Positions 50,752 through 62,984 are shown, counted from the first letter of the whole stretch. The stretch is 62,984 nt of DNA, filler included, from Folioceros fuciformis (GCA_049999805.1; 9 parts of 9 records of this genome joined end to end with filler, not necessarily neighbours in it), one strand, 5' to 3'. Translations and numbers: made by a program. The notes: generated from the letters alone by a model not told the origin.

Positions 50752-51992
50752 TCACGGTCGACCCATGCAACTGCAACAACCAGCTGCGAATCGATGCACA
50801 CGATACCCATCCCTCACAACAATGTCTCTTTCTTCAATCCGCGACATGATCTCCGTGGAACTGTGGCAGTCACTGCACATGCGCAGATTCTTTGTTACCA
50901 CCAGAGGTATTCCAATCGGCGTGCTCAAGAGACCGTATGCCAAAGCTAGCTGCTCAGCATGACCACAAAGAACATCTTCCTTTTGTTTCTCACTCAGGGG
51001 CTTCAACACCAACTGTGTGTGAGGTAGGTGCTCGCTCAGGCCTTCAGAAGGCAAGAAAAAGGGAAATGGTTAGCCAAAATGAGGCCTCTTGCTCCATTTG
51101 TTCATACACAACAGGCGCCTCTTGGCCGAGTCCCTGTTGTGCATATCCAGCAATCAGCGTTGTCCATGTCACCACATCCTTTGTGGCCATGCTATCAAAA
51201 ACCTGGCCTGCATCTTCCAGTTCGCCACATTTTTCATACCCAGATAGTAGGGCATTCCATGTCACCACATCTTTTATCCCCAGTTTGTCAAAAACCTGGC
51301 GTGCATCTTCCAGTTTGCCACATTTTGCATACATGTCCACCGGGCAGTTGCCAACAAACAGGTTAGTAGGAATACCACTGTGCAAACACATCGGAGTGCA
51401 CTTTTCGGCCAGATTCCAAGTCAGCGGCAAATGCACAAGCTTGAAGGGCATCTACAAAAACGTGACCGTTCGACTTCACACCTGACCTACGCATCTCATG
51501 GTACCGTTGTACTGCCTCGTTAGGTTTCCCAAGCTTAGCGTGTGCGGAGATAATGGAAAACCACATGAAGGCACATCTGCCCACCCTGGTGAACACATCC
51601 AAGGCCTCCTTCAGCCTACCTCCACATGCATACATGCGCAAGAGATGGTTCACCAAGAATGCATTCGAATCGTACCCAAGTTTGACATCAACTCGTCGCC
51701 CACAATGAAATCCCTCTGATCTGTACACAGTTTGAGCACAGACTTAAAAAAGAGACAGAGAAAAGGCAGAGTCTGTCTGCGCCAGAGATTCCAGGGCTCC
51801 AACGGCCTCAGAAAGATTCCCCTGCTGACATAGCGTGCTCACGGTTCCTGCCGTTACGGCGCCCGTTCCCGAGCCTTCACGCCTGCGAGATTCGGGCTTA
51901 TCCGGAGAGCTCGACGTGAGAGGAGACGAACCGCGAGCCATCTCCATATCCAAGGAGACGAGCTGCTCATCAACCCAAGCTGGCTTGGACAT
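50752..51992 (-). pseudogene. PLS PPR pseudogene with C-terminal DYW:KP (GRP-type) deaminase-like domain
   Basis: Frameshifted PPR motifs fused near 51037 to HLPHTQLVLKPLSEKQKEDVLCGHAEQLALAYGLL...KNLRMCSDCH...HRFAAGCCSCMGRP*. Confidence 0.92.
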
Positions 51993-52794
51993 GCTGTTTA
52001 ATCACAGGACCTCGCCGGACCCCTTCCGTCAGAAATCAGGCGAACGGGAGCTCTTCTTATCTAGTCTGTTGTCCCACCACATGGTAGGGTCCAGGAAGAA
52101 TTGTTGCCACAAAGTGCTCCTGGTCCGGGCCACGACCATCACGGGAAAATCCGCCTCCCCCCATACATTTCCTCGGAGGTGGAAGTGCTGGGCTCCTTAA
52201 GCTGCTGCACCTGAACAATAGGCTGTTCGCCGGGACTTGACGCCTTAAAGTGAGGCGAAGGGGATCTCCCCATCGAATCCCTGCATACCAACCAACTTGC
52301 TCGGTCCACAGCAGGTCCAGTTGCCATGCTGTGGCCATTGTTCAGAGTTCGCTGTGGGAAGATGAGTCCCACAACAGACTGTGGCAAGATGCCCAAGTTC
52401 TGGGCATGGGAACACCATGTGCGCTCGATCCGATGTAATTCGACCGGGAGGATTTCTCTCCAACCAGAAAATGGTGATGTATCGGAGTTTTTGATTTCTC
52501 GAAGGCGAAGGCGAAGGCGAATTTTGTTACATATGACACACCAAAGGGAACATAGGGGTACGCGTTTTCTTTTATATTTTGTTCAGGGTATATAGAGGTA
52601 TATATCCTCATTGCCATGACGGGGACCTTTCGAATGTGGTTATTGCCCCATAGTGGCTACCGACAGTGCAAGGGTGTTGCAAAACCAAGGATATCAGCCT
52701 TGGTGTGCTCGAGCCTATTACCACACCAAGGACCTGGGCTTGTGCAAGGCTTAGGCTTTCATCTCCCCTAAGCAGAAGGAGCGATGAAGGAGAC

Positions 52795-53415
52795 CGAGCA
52801 CGAGGCCTTGCCCCTCGCAACATTAGCTTCCTACGCGATGGCTGAGGTCTTGCCCCTCGCAACATTAGCTTCCTACATACATGATGGCTGAGGCCTTGCC
52901 CCTCGCAACATTAGCTTCCTACGCGATGGCTGAGGCCTTGCCCCTCGCAACATTAGCTTCCTACATACATGATGGCTGAGGCCTTGCCCCTCGCAACATT
53001 AGGAGGAGCAACATTAGCTTCCTACATACATGATGGCTGAGGCCTTCCCCCTCGCAACATTAGCTTCTCGCACGATGGCTTCCCGCGCAATGGTTGAGGC
53101 CTTGCCCCTCAAGACATTAGCTTCCCGCGCAACGGTTGAGGCCTTGCCCCTCACAACATTAACTTCCCACGCGATGGTGAGGCCTTGCCCCTCCCGACAT
53201 TAGCTTTCCACGCGATGGTTGAGGCCTTGCCCCTCCCGACATTAGCTTCCCGCACAATGGTTGAGGCCTTGCCCCTCGCTACATTAGCTTCCCGCACAAC
53301 GGTTGAGGCCTTGCCCCTCGCGACATTAGCTTCCCTTGCGATGGTGAGGCCTTGCCCCTCGCAACGTTAGCTTCCCATGCGATGGTTAAGGCCTTGCCCC
53401 TCGCAACATTAGCTT
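52795..53415. repeat. ~39-bp minisatellite, about 15 copies
   Basis: GAGGCCTTGCCCCTCGCAACATTAGCTTCCC...GATGGTT units head to tail. Confidence 0.95.
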
Positions 53416-54024
53416 TCTTAGGTCTGAACTCGACTTAGCTTGAAATTGATGTCGAACCTGAAGCTAGCTCTAAATCTTGTTTCCTATAGCTACTTCGTAA
53501 CATTAGCTTCTTGTGTGATGGTTAAGGCCTTACCCCTTACAAAATTAGTTGCCTTAGCTTTGAACTCAAGTCAACATGAAATTAATGTCAAACTTGAAGC
53601 TAGCCTTAAATCTTGTTCCCTATCAACCACTTCGAATAAGGCTCGGCCATGTTGCTATGGCTTTATTCTAAGGGCTAAATCTTCGGAATAGGTGCCACAA
53701 CAATTGTATGTAGAGTGTGAAGAAAAAGTTCTAACACTCTCTCCTCTATCCTCTTTAGTATGACATACAGGCTCGAGTAATGCATCATTTAGCTTTTGAA
53801 TTTTAGGCGAGCTATGCAACTCAATACTTAAATATATTTAATCATATGTACAAATATTAACATAATATTTATTATTTCAACTTATCCATAGTGCTCCTAT
53901 TATCTTGGAAAGCTAAATGTAAAAAATCAATCAGATGGCAAGGTGTAGCCCCACTAATACTTTTCTTACATGAATGTATTTGCAACTGTGCAACATATGT
54001 TGTGACCATCATACATGCACCCTA

Positions 54025-54175
54025 TGAAAGGATTATTAGAGGAGCATGGTGAAGGAGAGGAGAGAAGAAGGGAGGAGGAGAGGAGAGGAGAAAGAGGTCT
54101 CACAGTGTCTCTTACAACTCTCCTCTCCTCCTCTTCTCTCCTCTCCTTCACCATGCTCTTCTAATAATCCTTTCA
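54025..54175. repeat. 151-bp inverted repeat (long hairpin)
   Basis: TGAAAGGATTATTAGAGGAGCATGGTGAAGGAGAGGAGAGAAG pairs with CTTCTCTCCTCTCCTTCACCATGCTCTTCTAATAATCCTTTCA with one G-U. Confidence 0.92.
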
Positions 54176-54562
54176 AGTGGTATGAGAGCAAAGGTTGTGG
54201 AGCAAGATGGTTGTGCCTATTGTAGGTACAATGAGCGGAGGCACAAGGCAAGAAGATGGAGCTAGGAGGGTTAGGGCGCCACTGGGCCGCCAGCAGGGCG
54301 CCAACGCGGCGCCACTTGGGCGCCACCTCGGCGCCAATGCGGCACCACCTCGACGCCACCCGGGCGCCANNNNNNNNNNNNNNNNNNNNNNNNNNNNNNN
54401 NNNNNNNNNNNNNTTAATTAATTAANNNNNNNNNNNNNNNNNNNNNNNNNNNNNNNNNNNNNNNNNNNNGATCCCTGGCTGGCTGCATGCTGAGGAAGCG
54501 ACGGCTGGGTGGTTGTGGAACGCAATTGTGCAGGGTACCCGTGGTGCTGCTCGTAAGAGGTA

Positions 54563-57500
54563 ATGAGCGGGCAGAAAACAAGGAGCTGGACCCCCACCCT
54601 CACGCCGCCCAAGGGGAGTACCGTCGCTGGTTTGCCGCCCAGCCTGTTGCCGCTGCAAGCCATCCCGCTCGAAACCAAGGCTGCGCTCTTGGGCCCGCCT
54701 CAGCCGTACAATGGAGTGGGCAGTGAGAGCGCGGAGCCGAAGGTGATTCCCTTGCCGGAGGGTTGTGATGACCTGGGGATAGACGCCCCCGATCTGCCAT
54801 GGCCTACATGGAATGAGTATGATCCTGAAGTCGGAGGCATAGCCACGTGCTGGACGGATTACCTCGACACTGACCCGTCCATGTTCGAGACCACAACCAC
54901 GGTACGTATGGTACCTTTCTTATGGAGAGATTATGGGGCCGTGAGTACAGGTGTTGGATAAGTTGGATAGCGTGTCCGGGATGCTGGTGTTTTCCCTTAA
55001 GTACTGCTTGCCGTTAGGCAAGCGACTTCTTCCGGCCAGCTATTGTTCTAATTTGCTGTGCCTGTGCAGAAAATGTATCCTCAGAGGAAGAGCCTTCCAT
55101 CTTCAACGCTTATGCCACAGCGTGGCCAGACATCACAGCAACCTGTCCCTGGAGCCTCTGCTAACTCGGGTGGGAGTCCTGTTCATTCTGGTGGAAATGG
55201 TGCTGGCGGCTCCGCTGGTGGTGGGGGGGGCAATGGGGGTGGAGGAGGTGGTAATGCCGCCGGTTCTGCGAAACAGAGGCTACGCTGGACTCCTGAGCTT
55301 CATGAGCGGTTTGTGGATGCAGTCACCCAGCTTGGTGGTGCAGACAGTAAGTGATTGCACGAAGCCCTTATTTACTTGCTCTGCAAGCTTTTGTGGGCTT
55401 TGTATGTAATTTGTCTGTTTTTTGGTCTGTTTCATGCAGGGGCAACCCCAAAAGGTGTATTGAAGGTCATGGCTGTTCAAGGTCTCACCATCTATCACGT
55501 GAAGAGTCATCTGCAGGCAAGCATTTTCAAATTAACTCTTTTCCAGCTGCGTTAGAGTCGACTTCCTTCCTACCTGTCAAGTGGTGGCGTCTGCCAGCTG
55601 TTTTTTGCTCATTACCTGGTTGACTGCAGAAATACCGCCTGGCGAAGTACATTCCAGAATCCATGGGTGATGGTACGTGTTTCTTGACTTGTGCTGGTTC
55701 GATCCACGATCTTTACAGTGAGCCATTCGTTGTTCTCATCTTGCATCCCTCCTCTCCCGCAGGAAAATCGGATAAAAGGAAGAGTGCTGGAGATGTGTTT
55801 CCTAATCTGGATGCAACTTCGTAAGGCTCTCCTCCCACACTTTCACGCTTCTGTCATCCGTTTTTTATTGGTTATGGATGTTGACATAGTCGTTGTTTCT
55901 CAGAGGGATTCAGATTACCGAGGCTTTGCGAATGCAAATGGAAGTGCAAAAGCGTCTGCATGAACAGCTGGAGGTCCGTTGGTCGCCGTGTTTTGCTTGC
56001 ACTGTTTTCACTTTGGTCTCTGTTGTAGATTCTTGCGACATCATATAAATGGTGTCATGGCCTTTTGAAGTGAAGGATGTATCCTTCGAGTTCCTTGCAG
56101 GTCCAAAAGCATCTGCAACTACGCATCGAAGCTCAGGGTAAATATCTGCAGAAGATCATTGAGGAGCAGCAGAGGGTTGGAATTGCAGTATTTCCTCGTC
56201 CTATTGGAGCTATGGAGCAAGGTGGCACTGGACCCATGTCCCTGGACGTGAGTGGACCTACCCCTGACGTATCCTCTCTTGATCCTGCACAGAGCGCTAG
56301 TGGGGTTCCTGGTGCACCCCTTCCCGGGGTGGGGAATACTGCGGCTGGGAACAACTTAATTGCACAACCTGCGGCTGGTGCATCACCCAGTCAAGTACAG
56401 AATCAGCAGTTCCCGCAGTATGCCTCAACTAGTTTTGCCAATCCAGCCATAGCAAATGCAGGAGCAGGGCAGCCATCTTTCAAGAGGAGCAGGATCGATG
56501 ATGGGACATCTCAGTCCGGCAACAACAATGTTCAGCCGCATGATTCACAGCAAGGATCGCCTCCGCCCCTGCAGCAGCCTCAGTTGCAGCAGCAGGCCGT
56601 GGGATTTTCTCAGACGCCCGGTGAGTTGATTTACCAATAGGTTGTTTGAGAGTGGAAATGTAGAAACATCAGAAGTATAGATTGTGTGATGTACCACGTT
56701 TCATACTAGTTTCCCACCATGGTGAGGCGATTGCTCATGTCCGATTGTGCCGCCCAGGTTTCCAGCAGCAGCAGCTTGTACCATATCAAGAACCTCAGCA
56801 GCCGCTCCAGCAGGCTTATGTATCACCTCCACAGCAGTCTGGCCCTCCTCCACCACCACAACAGCAGCAGCAGCAGCAGCAGCTGGGCTATAATCCACAG
56901 CCACAAGCTCAGCAGCCACCTCCACAGCAGCAGCCACAGCATTCGGGTTATATCCCACAGTCACAAGTCCAAACCTTTCCACAGCCACAGCAACAGCCAC
57001 AGCCTGCAGGTTACAATCCTCAGCCACAGACACCACTCCAGCAGAATATGTCTCAGGGTTTCAGTGGTCAGCCTATGCAGATGACAAATGCATGTGGTAT
57101 GCAACATCAGCAGCAGCCTCCAGCGACACAGCAATTGGGCCAGAACTTTGGTATGCAGCCCCCTCCTGTGCATCAACAGCCTCCACAGCAGCAGAACATG
57201 CAGGCCTATCCTGGGCCCCAACAGGCTCCTCAACAGCAAAATATGCCAAGCTATGCAGTTCAGCAGCCAGCGCCACAGCAGCAGAGTATTCAGAACAACT
57301 TCTCTGCACCGCAACCTCAGACTCAGGCGTTACAATCGGTGCCTCATGTGTATTCTGCTCAGCAGCCACAGCAACAGATGGTGCAGAATTATGCTTCACA
57401 GCAGCCGCAGAGTGCGACCCAAGGAGGGTCTGTCAACTTTTCAGGTCATCAATATACTGGGCAGCAACCCTCTCCTCATCAGACTGGTGCTGGGGACCCC

Positions 57501-57617
57501 TCCGCCCATGTGAACAGCAGTACTCCTCAAGGTCAGGCCCAGGTCCAGACTCAGGCCCAGGCGCAGGCACAGGCCCAGTCGCAGGCGCAGGCACAGGCCC
57601 AGGCGCAGGCCCAGGCG

Positions 57618-57648
<31 letters not shown>

Positions 57649-58133
57649 AGGCACAGGCACAGGCACAGGCGCAGGCACAGGCACAGGCACAGGCGCAGGC
57701 ACAGGCACAGGCGCAGGCACAGGCGCAGGCACAGGCGCAGGCACAGGTGCAGGCCCAGGTGCAGGCCCAGGCACAGGCGCAGGCCCAGGTGCAGGCTCAG
57801 GCTCAAACTCAGCCTCAAGGTCAAGCCCAATCTCAGCCTCAGATGCAGATCCAGCAAGTTCCAGACATGTCACAGGGCTCAAGTAACAAAGGAGGCGTTG
57901 GTCAACATGGGAGCATACAACAGCCCCAACCACAGGCTGTGAAAGAGGACCAGCTGAGCTCTGTATACCCTAAGGCGTCGGGAGAAGGACATCAAGCTTC
58001 TGTCCGCACTTCATTTGGTCCCCCTCTGGATGATGGACCTACCTCGGTGGGCTGTGTGGGAATGTATGCCAGTTGGGACGATGGATCTTTTTCTGATGAC
58101 GGTCATGACCCCATGTCTCTGCAACCTTCATAG
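54563..58133 (+). CDS. PHL: PHR1-like MYB-CC (GARP) transcription factor, ~919 aa; exons 54563-54901, 55070-55346, 55440-55516, 55630-55672, 55763-55820, 55904-55973, 56101-56620, 56758-58133
   Basis: [79 protein letters not shown]; exon phases sum to 2760 nt; first exon less certain (alternative start 55073). Confidence 0.93.
57528..57855 (+). repeat. Coding (CAGGCN)n repeat giving about 50 Q-X dipeptides, mostly QA
   Basis: Directly visible hexamer repeat with mixed third codon positions. Confidence 0.97.
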
Positions 58134-59733
58134 TGTTTTGACATGGTCTCCAGGAACTTGGTGATCATTCTTTGGATCTCTCGCGTTACTGGTGCATCTA
58201 GAATGCCGTGTTGGTGATCAACAGGTGACCGATGTGTGCCGTAGCAAGCAGGCGCAACGGCTCAGTCTTGCCTTGGGCTTGAGGCCAGATCCTCAAGGTT
58301 TGTGGACTTTCACTGCACGTATTCTGCTGCTGGTGTGGCAGAGCACGCATTGGAAACAGGTGGAATAGGGCCGATGGGAGTGATGGGGGTTGGCGGGGAA
58401 GGGAGGGGTGTGGAAATAGGAAGAGAATGTCCTCCTTTGTGTAGTGTGTTTCATTGGTGAGTGGGTCTTCTTTTCAGCTTTTGGGTTAGCGTCTCCTCTC
58501 TCTCTCTCCCTGCTGGTTGTTTGACAGGAGTAGAACTCTGGTTTTGATATTTTAGCAGAAAGTGGGGAGTGTTCAAACCCTTACGATGTGTCCAGAGCCG
58601 GTGGGGGGGGCTAATTTTGGGTTGCTCAGATCGGCAGTCCAATTCTTTGAGTCCACTGCAAAGCTGAAAGGTGCCCTAGAGGGATGTCGGCACTCCTTGT
58701 GATTGTTGAGCAGGTAGAGAGTCGCGGTAGTGCGGGGCCATCCTGGGGAGGCCATGCTCGTGTACGGAATCGGAGTGCTCACAGATGCAGCCAGATGAGA
58801 AGCCCCAGCTGTTGAATCTGCCAAGGACCAAACCGTATATGGTCTCCATATATTTCTGCTGTATTTTAGTAGCTTATTTCCTACGGCATGCCTACAATTG
58901 GAACGCTGACCAATTTATTCCCCTACAACGGTAATTGCTTTTAACACGTAAGAGTTGGCGTATAGGCGGGCTCGGAAACGCTGCAGTACGGGCTCACGTG
59001 GCTAGCTTCTGGACTCTTCGCAAATTTCTAATTTCTTGACTTTGAGAAGCTCGCCGCGAACTACAGTTCGCTCCCTATCTAAGCTTTCTGTGTGTTTCGG
59101 GGCCCGGGAAGGGGCAGTCGTGCTAATGGGCCCTTCTTTTCATACGAGGAGGTGGATGGCGGGCACCCCATCCCAGCATTGAGCCCAACTCTTTTCCTTC
59201 TCTTTGATTGGATCACAAGCTTCGAGTCTTGTATCAATTATTTATTAACAAAAAGATCATCACTAATCCCTGCGAGATGAATTCTACACAGGGTGACAGT
59301 GCATACCACGAGCAGCTTCGGGATGCCATGGGGTTGAACCCAGGTCTGTAACTGATTCATGGACATCTATGGCCCAGAGCAATCTTCAGTTTCCTGCCGC
59401 CTTGGCCCTCAAGTATGTATGTGGGCAGGGTGCACTCAAGAAAAGGTGTCTCGTATCATGTACCACCGATTTTCTGGATATGGGTGCATCGAGCTCAAAT
59501 CAGGACATGGTTGCAAGCGGACAAGCAAGATTTTGCCCACCGATTCTCATGAACGAAAACGGGATCACCATGGCCGCTTCATTTTCCCGTGCCCTCTGTC
59601 TCGCGATCGAACTTGGGGGGATTCGTATAAATGTGAGACCATCGCTGCGCAAGCTGTCATCGGCATCTCGGCGCAAATTCGCTCTTCTCTGCACGGGTTG
59701 AACTTGGGCTTGCATACTCTCTGCAACGGGCCA

Positions 59734-60159
59734 ATGGCGGCATCCCGCCAGCTCGGCATCAGCCATGCGGTGGTGTCCATTTTCTCGCTTATCGCTCTGG
59801 CGAGCACGGGCATCATGTGGGCGGCTCCATGCAACGCGGTGGACGTGCAGCAGCATGCCGACATTGTCATTCGCTACAGCGCGCAGACGTTCCCCACCGA
59901 ATCGGGCACCTTGGTTGTGCCCCCTGTGAATTCCACCACTCGATTCGGTGCCATCAGCGTGTTCGACACACCGCTGGTTTCTCTGAGCGAATTTCAGTTT
60001 CAAGAGGGACCTACAGCGGCCCGGCTGCAAGGATTCGCTGTGTTCGACTCCCACACCCGCCAGAGCGTCACAATCTCGGCTGCCTTGGTGTTCACCAACA
60101 GCACCAACATCCCGCCTGGAACTCGCATCAACATCCAGGGCACGGTGGACTGGCCCAGT
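59734..60159 (+). CDS. Dirigent-like secreted protein (3' partial)
   Basis: Hydrophobic signal peptide; FGAISVFDTPL, ARLQG, LVF and GTRINIQG resemble dirigent motifs II-IV; N-glycosylation sequons NST. Confidence 0.7.
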
Positions 60160-60259
60160 NNNNNNNNNNNNNNNNNNNNNNNNNNNNNNNNNNNNNNNNN
60201 NNNTTAATTAATTAANNNNNNNNNNNNNNNNNNNNNNNNNNNNNNNNNNNNNNNNNNNN

Positions 60260-61106
60260 TTAATATGTTCTTTTCTTTTCTAAAAAAGAAACCTAATTTC
60301 CTTTTGAAAGAAAGCAAAAGAGACATGATTGTGCATGAAATTAAATGCACAATCTAATGTACACTCATTTGAATATAACCTACATCAAAGGCTCTGATAC
60401 CATAAGAAATTACATGCAGATGTAGATTTATTATAAAAATAATATTGTATATATTTTAGAAAAAAAGAGTGTAAGTAAAACATTAAAGCTTAAACTTAAC
60501 TATTCATGAATGGGTGTGACTATTACTAACAGTCGTAACCCTAGCGAAGAGGTAAGACATTTTAAACTATACACACAATATGAAACTGGATATAATATAA
60601 CCCTAATCTCATTATGCCAACATCAATACTCCTTCATCAACTGACCAGAGCACTACTAGAGGAGGCATTCATGGCACTTTGCAAACAGTGTTCATATATA
60701 GGGTGTATGATATACATGAAAGTACTTTACCAGTATAGTCTAAGTGTCTGCCAGTTGGTCATCGATTCCATATATAGGGTGTATGATATACATGAAAGTA
60801 CTTTACCAGTATAGTCTAAGTGTCTGCCAGTTGGTCATCGATTCCATCTGGAGCAATTTCCTGATGTCGTTTAAGCACATACAAGTTGTTTCTAATAAGG
60901 TTTTGAGTGCGAGCATACAGCTGTTTTTGACGAGTCAACTCAAATCCATACGCTAAAATAAAAGTGTTTGCGATATAAAGTATGTCAATATGCTTTCAAA
61001 GTCTTCTGCTTGGCCGTCATTTTCGTCCTCATGTAGAATTCCTGGAAGGTTCGTCAATTGGCAATATCATCTCCTCTTGCTATCGATCTTCAAATGCATC
61101 TAAACA
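60260..61106 (-). mobile_element. AT-rich LTR element remnant with PBS-Met (60391-60402)
   Basis: GCTCTGATACCA on +; internal direct duplication at 60694-60848; boundaries approximate. Confidence 0.5.
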
Positions 61107-61146
61107 TTTGGTGACCCACCAATGGACTTGCGGAAAAATGGTCGAA

Positions 61147-61374
61147 GTGCGTCGGTAGACCGGCGCACTTTGGCCATTTTTCCGTTATGCATTATACATT
61201 ACGGAAGGGGTGCGCTGGTAGACCGGCGCAGCCTAGCTACTGTGTTTGGAATGGGTGTTTCTTTGGCGCTTTTCGTGAAAAAAGCCGGAGTGCGCCGGTA
61301 GACTAGCGCACTCCCGCCAACTTGAAGGACTTTCGTGTTGATTGGGGAGGGTGTGCATTGGTCTATTGGTGCAC
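61147..61374. repeat. Four spaced 22-bp palindromes
   Basis: GTGCGCCGGTAGACCGGCGCAC-like units starting at 61147, 61210, 61290, 61353. Confidence 0.85.
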
Positions 61375-61599
61375 TCTAGTCATTNNNNNNNNNNNNNNNN
61401 NNNNNNNNNNNNNNNNNNNNNNNNNNNNTTAATTAATTAANNNNNNNNNNNNNNNNNNNNNNNNNNNNNNNNNNNNNNNNNNNNTCCTTCTCTGGTAGGT
61501 AGAGTAGGGTTTGTTTCTGCATCTTACATCGATAGGTTCCGAGACCGGATCCCCAAAGATCGAGAGCTCACATGCTCCCCTCCCCATTTGTTTGCGTCC

Positions 61600-62984
61600 T
61601 TGCAAACAACACGACCTGTGGATGATAATACTTCTTTACCTTCCACCCATTGACACGGGTGGGTAAGAATTCTCCATTCAGCTCCCGTAGCTAAATCGAC
61701 ACGTTTTCAAAAACATGGGTCACTTCATAGGGTCCCATCCATCGGAGTCGTAACTTCCCAGGGAAGTCAAGGTACCGGTTGTCATAGAGCAATGCTAAGT
61801 CACCCGGAATGACGCGTTCCGTCTTCCTCAGTCTCCTGTCATGATGCCACTTCCGTCGTTCCTGTACTCCGTGAGTCTCTTCCAGTGCTGCGGCATGATC
61901 TTCCTCATGCGCAATGAGCTTCTCCATCCGAGCTTGTTGACTGTGTTGGTACTTCGAACTCGATGGGCATAACTGGCGACATCCCGTAGGTCAGAAAATA
62001 GGGAGTGCGTTTCGTAGTTACCTTCTCTGCTGTTCGGTAGGCCTATAGGGCGGAATGTAGTTTCGTATCCCAGTCATACATGTGGGGGACAGACACCTTG
62101 GTGAGTATTGTCCCCAACAGCCCATTGGTCTTCTCCGTCAGCCTATTGGCCTTGAGGTTGTATGGAGTCGTTTTCTGGTGTCGAATGTTGAAGTAGCAGG
62201 TGAGCGATGCTATAACCGTGTTCAGAAAATGAGTCCCGCGATCGCTCGCCAGCTCCAACAGACACCCATACCTAGTGATGATATTTTCGAATAGGAATTT
62301 GGCCACGGTTGATGCATCGTCCTTGCGGGTAGCCTCTGCTTCAACCATCTTCGTGCAGTAGTCAGTGGCAACCAAAATATATTGTTTGCATGTCCGCTGC
62401 GTTGGAGGACGTATGGGTCTGACGAAGTCTATTCCCCATTTTTCGAAGGGTGCCAAGGGCAGAATATAGGTTAGGGGCCACTACGTGCCTAGGGTCGGTC
62501 TCCCAACCCGCTGACAAGCGTTACAACGCTTGATGTACTCCCAGACGTCTCTATGCAGGGTCGTCCACCAAAATCTTGTTTCCAAGATCTTCTTGGCAGT
62601 CACCTGGATTGAGTAGTGACCGCCAGCCTCTTCAGCATGCAAGGCCTCAACTACTAACATGGCCTCCGCTGGCTCCGAACACGTGCAAATTTTTCCATCG
62701 GGGCCCATCTTGTACAATATCTCGTGCTTCAGGCAATAGGGTCCTACCTTATGTAGAAAAACGGCACTCCCTTCCCTGCTCAGGTCGGTGGGAATGACTC
62801 CATGAGCCAGGAATTGACGAACTTCCTGATAAGTGGGCGGCCTGGTGCCCGAACGACCAATTCGTTCCTCCCGGGCGCGTCGTCTTGCCCGGGTGGCTCT
62901 GCGACTTCTTCCCTGGCGTCGATGGGCGGTCGGGGGATCTCCGATCACGGCGGCTTGCGCCCCTCCTTGAGGCGGTGATTCTCC
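61600..62984 (-). mobile_element. Ty3/gypsy integrase fragment (non-chromovirus type), decayed
   Basis: HAEEAGGH...CNACQR, PFEKWGIDFV, DYCTKMVEA, SDRGTHF, GKLRLRWMGPY. Confidence 0.93.

Noticed and set aside
52795-53415. ~39-bp periodic array as CRISPR
   Set aside because: Units are head to tail with no unique spacers, no cas genes, eukaryotic context; same for 18860-19214 and 31790-32230
57092-57933. Alternative-frame ORFs with GAGT, APVP or LCLR repeats
   Set aside because: Shadows of the (CAGGCN)n repeat in the PHL exon
59359-59733. N-terminal 125 aa of the 282-aa ORF
   Set aside because: Signal peptide begins at Met 59734; upstream part looks like open promoter/UTR sequence

Overview
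Eukaryotic (land plant) nuclear DNA made of nine contigs joined by artificial 100-bp linkers (N44-TTAATTAATTAA-N44), so neighbourhood across linkers means nothing. A PLS-class PPR protein with a WW-type PG box (PGRSWWTD) and a DYW:KP domain ending in GRP point to a hornwort (inference). About two thirds of the window is nested, decayed transposable elements: L1 LINEs, several Ty1/copia, two Ty3/gypsy, a PIF/Harbinger transposase, solo LTRs and minisatellites. Host genes are a U2 snRNA, an OBERON PHD-finger gene, a PLS-E+ PPR editing factor, two PPR pseudogenes (one retaining a U-to-C-type DYW:KP/GRP domain), a PHR1-like MYB-CC factor with a very long Gln-rich/(QA)n tail, and a partial dirigent-like gene. 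The most unusual structure is a 4665-bp TG...CA insertion (10270-14934) with an exact 5-bp target-site duplication (ACCTA). It has no paired LTRs and no gag/pol but carries a long decayed accessory ORF, so it reads best as a giant gene-carrying solo LTR; a second family member starts at 45282. It sits inside a Tat-like gypsy element whose pol has three RNase H domains and whose 3' extra ORF looks like two tandem, stand-alone RT thumb subdomains. All protein family calls are by-eye motif recognition, not database searches.
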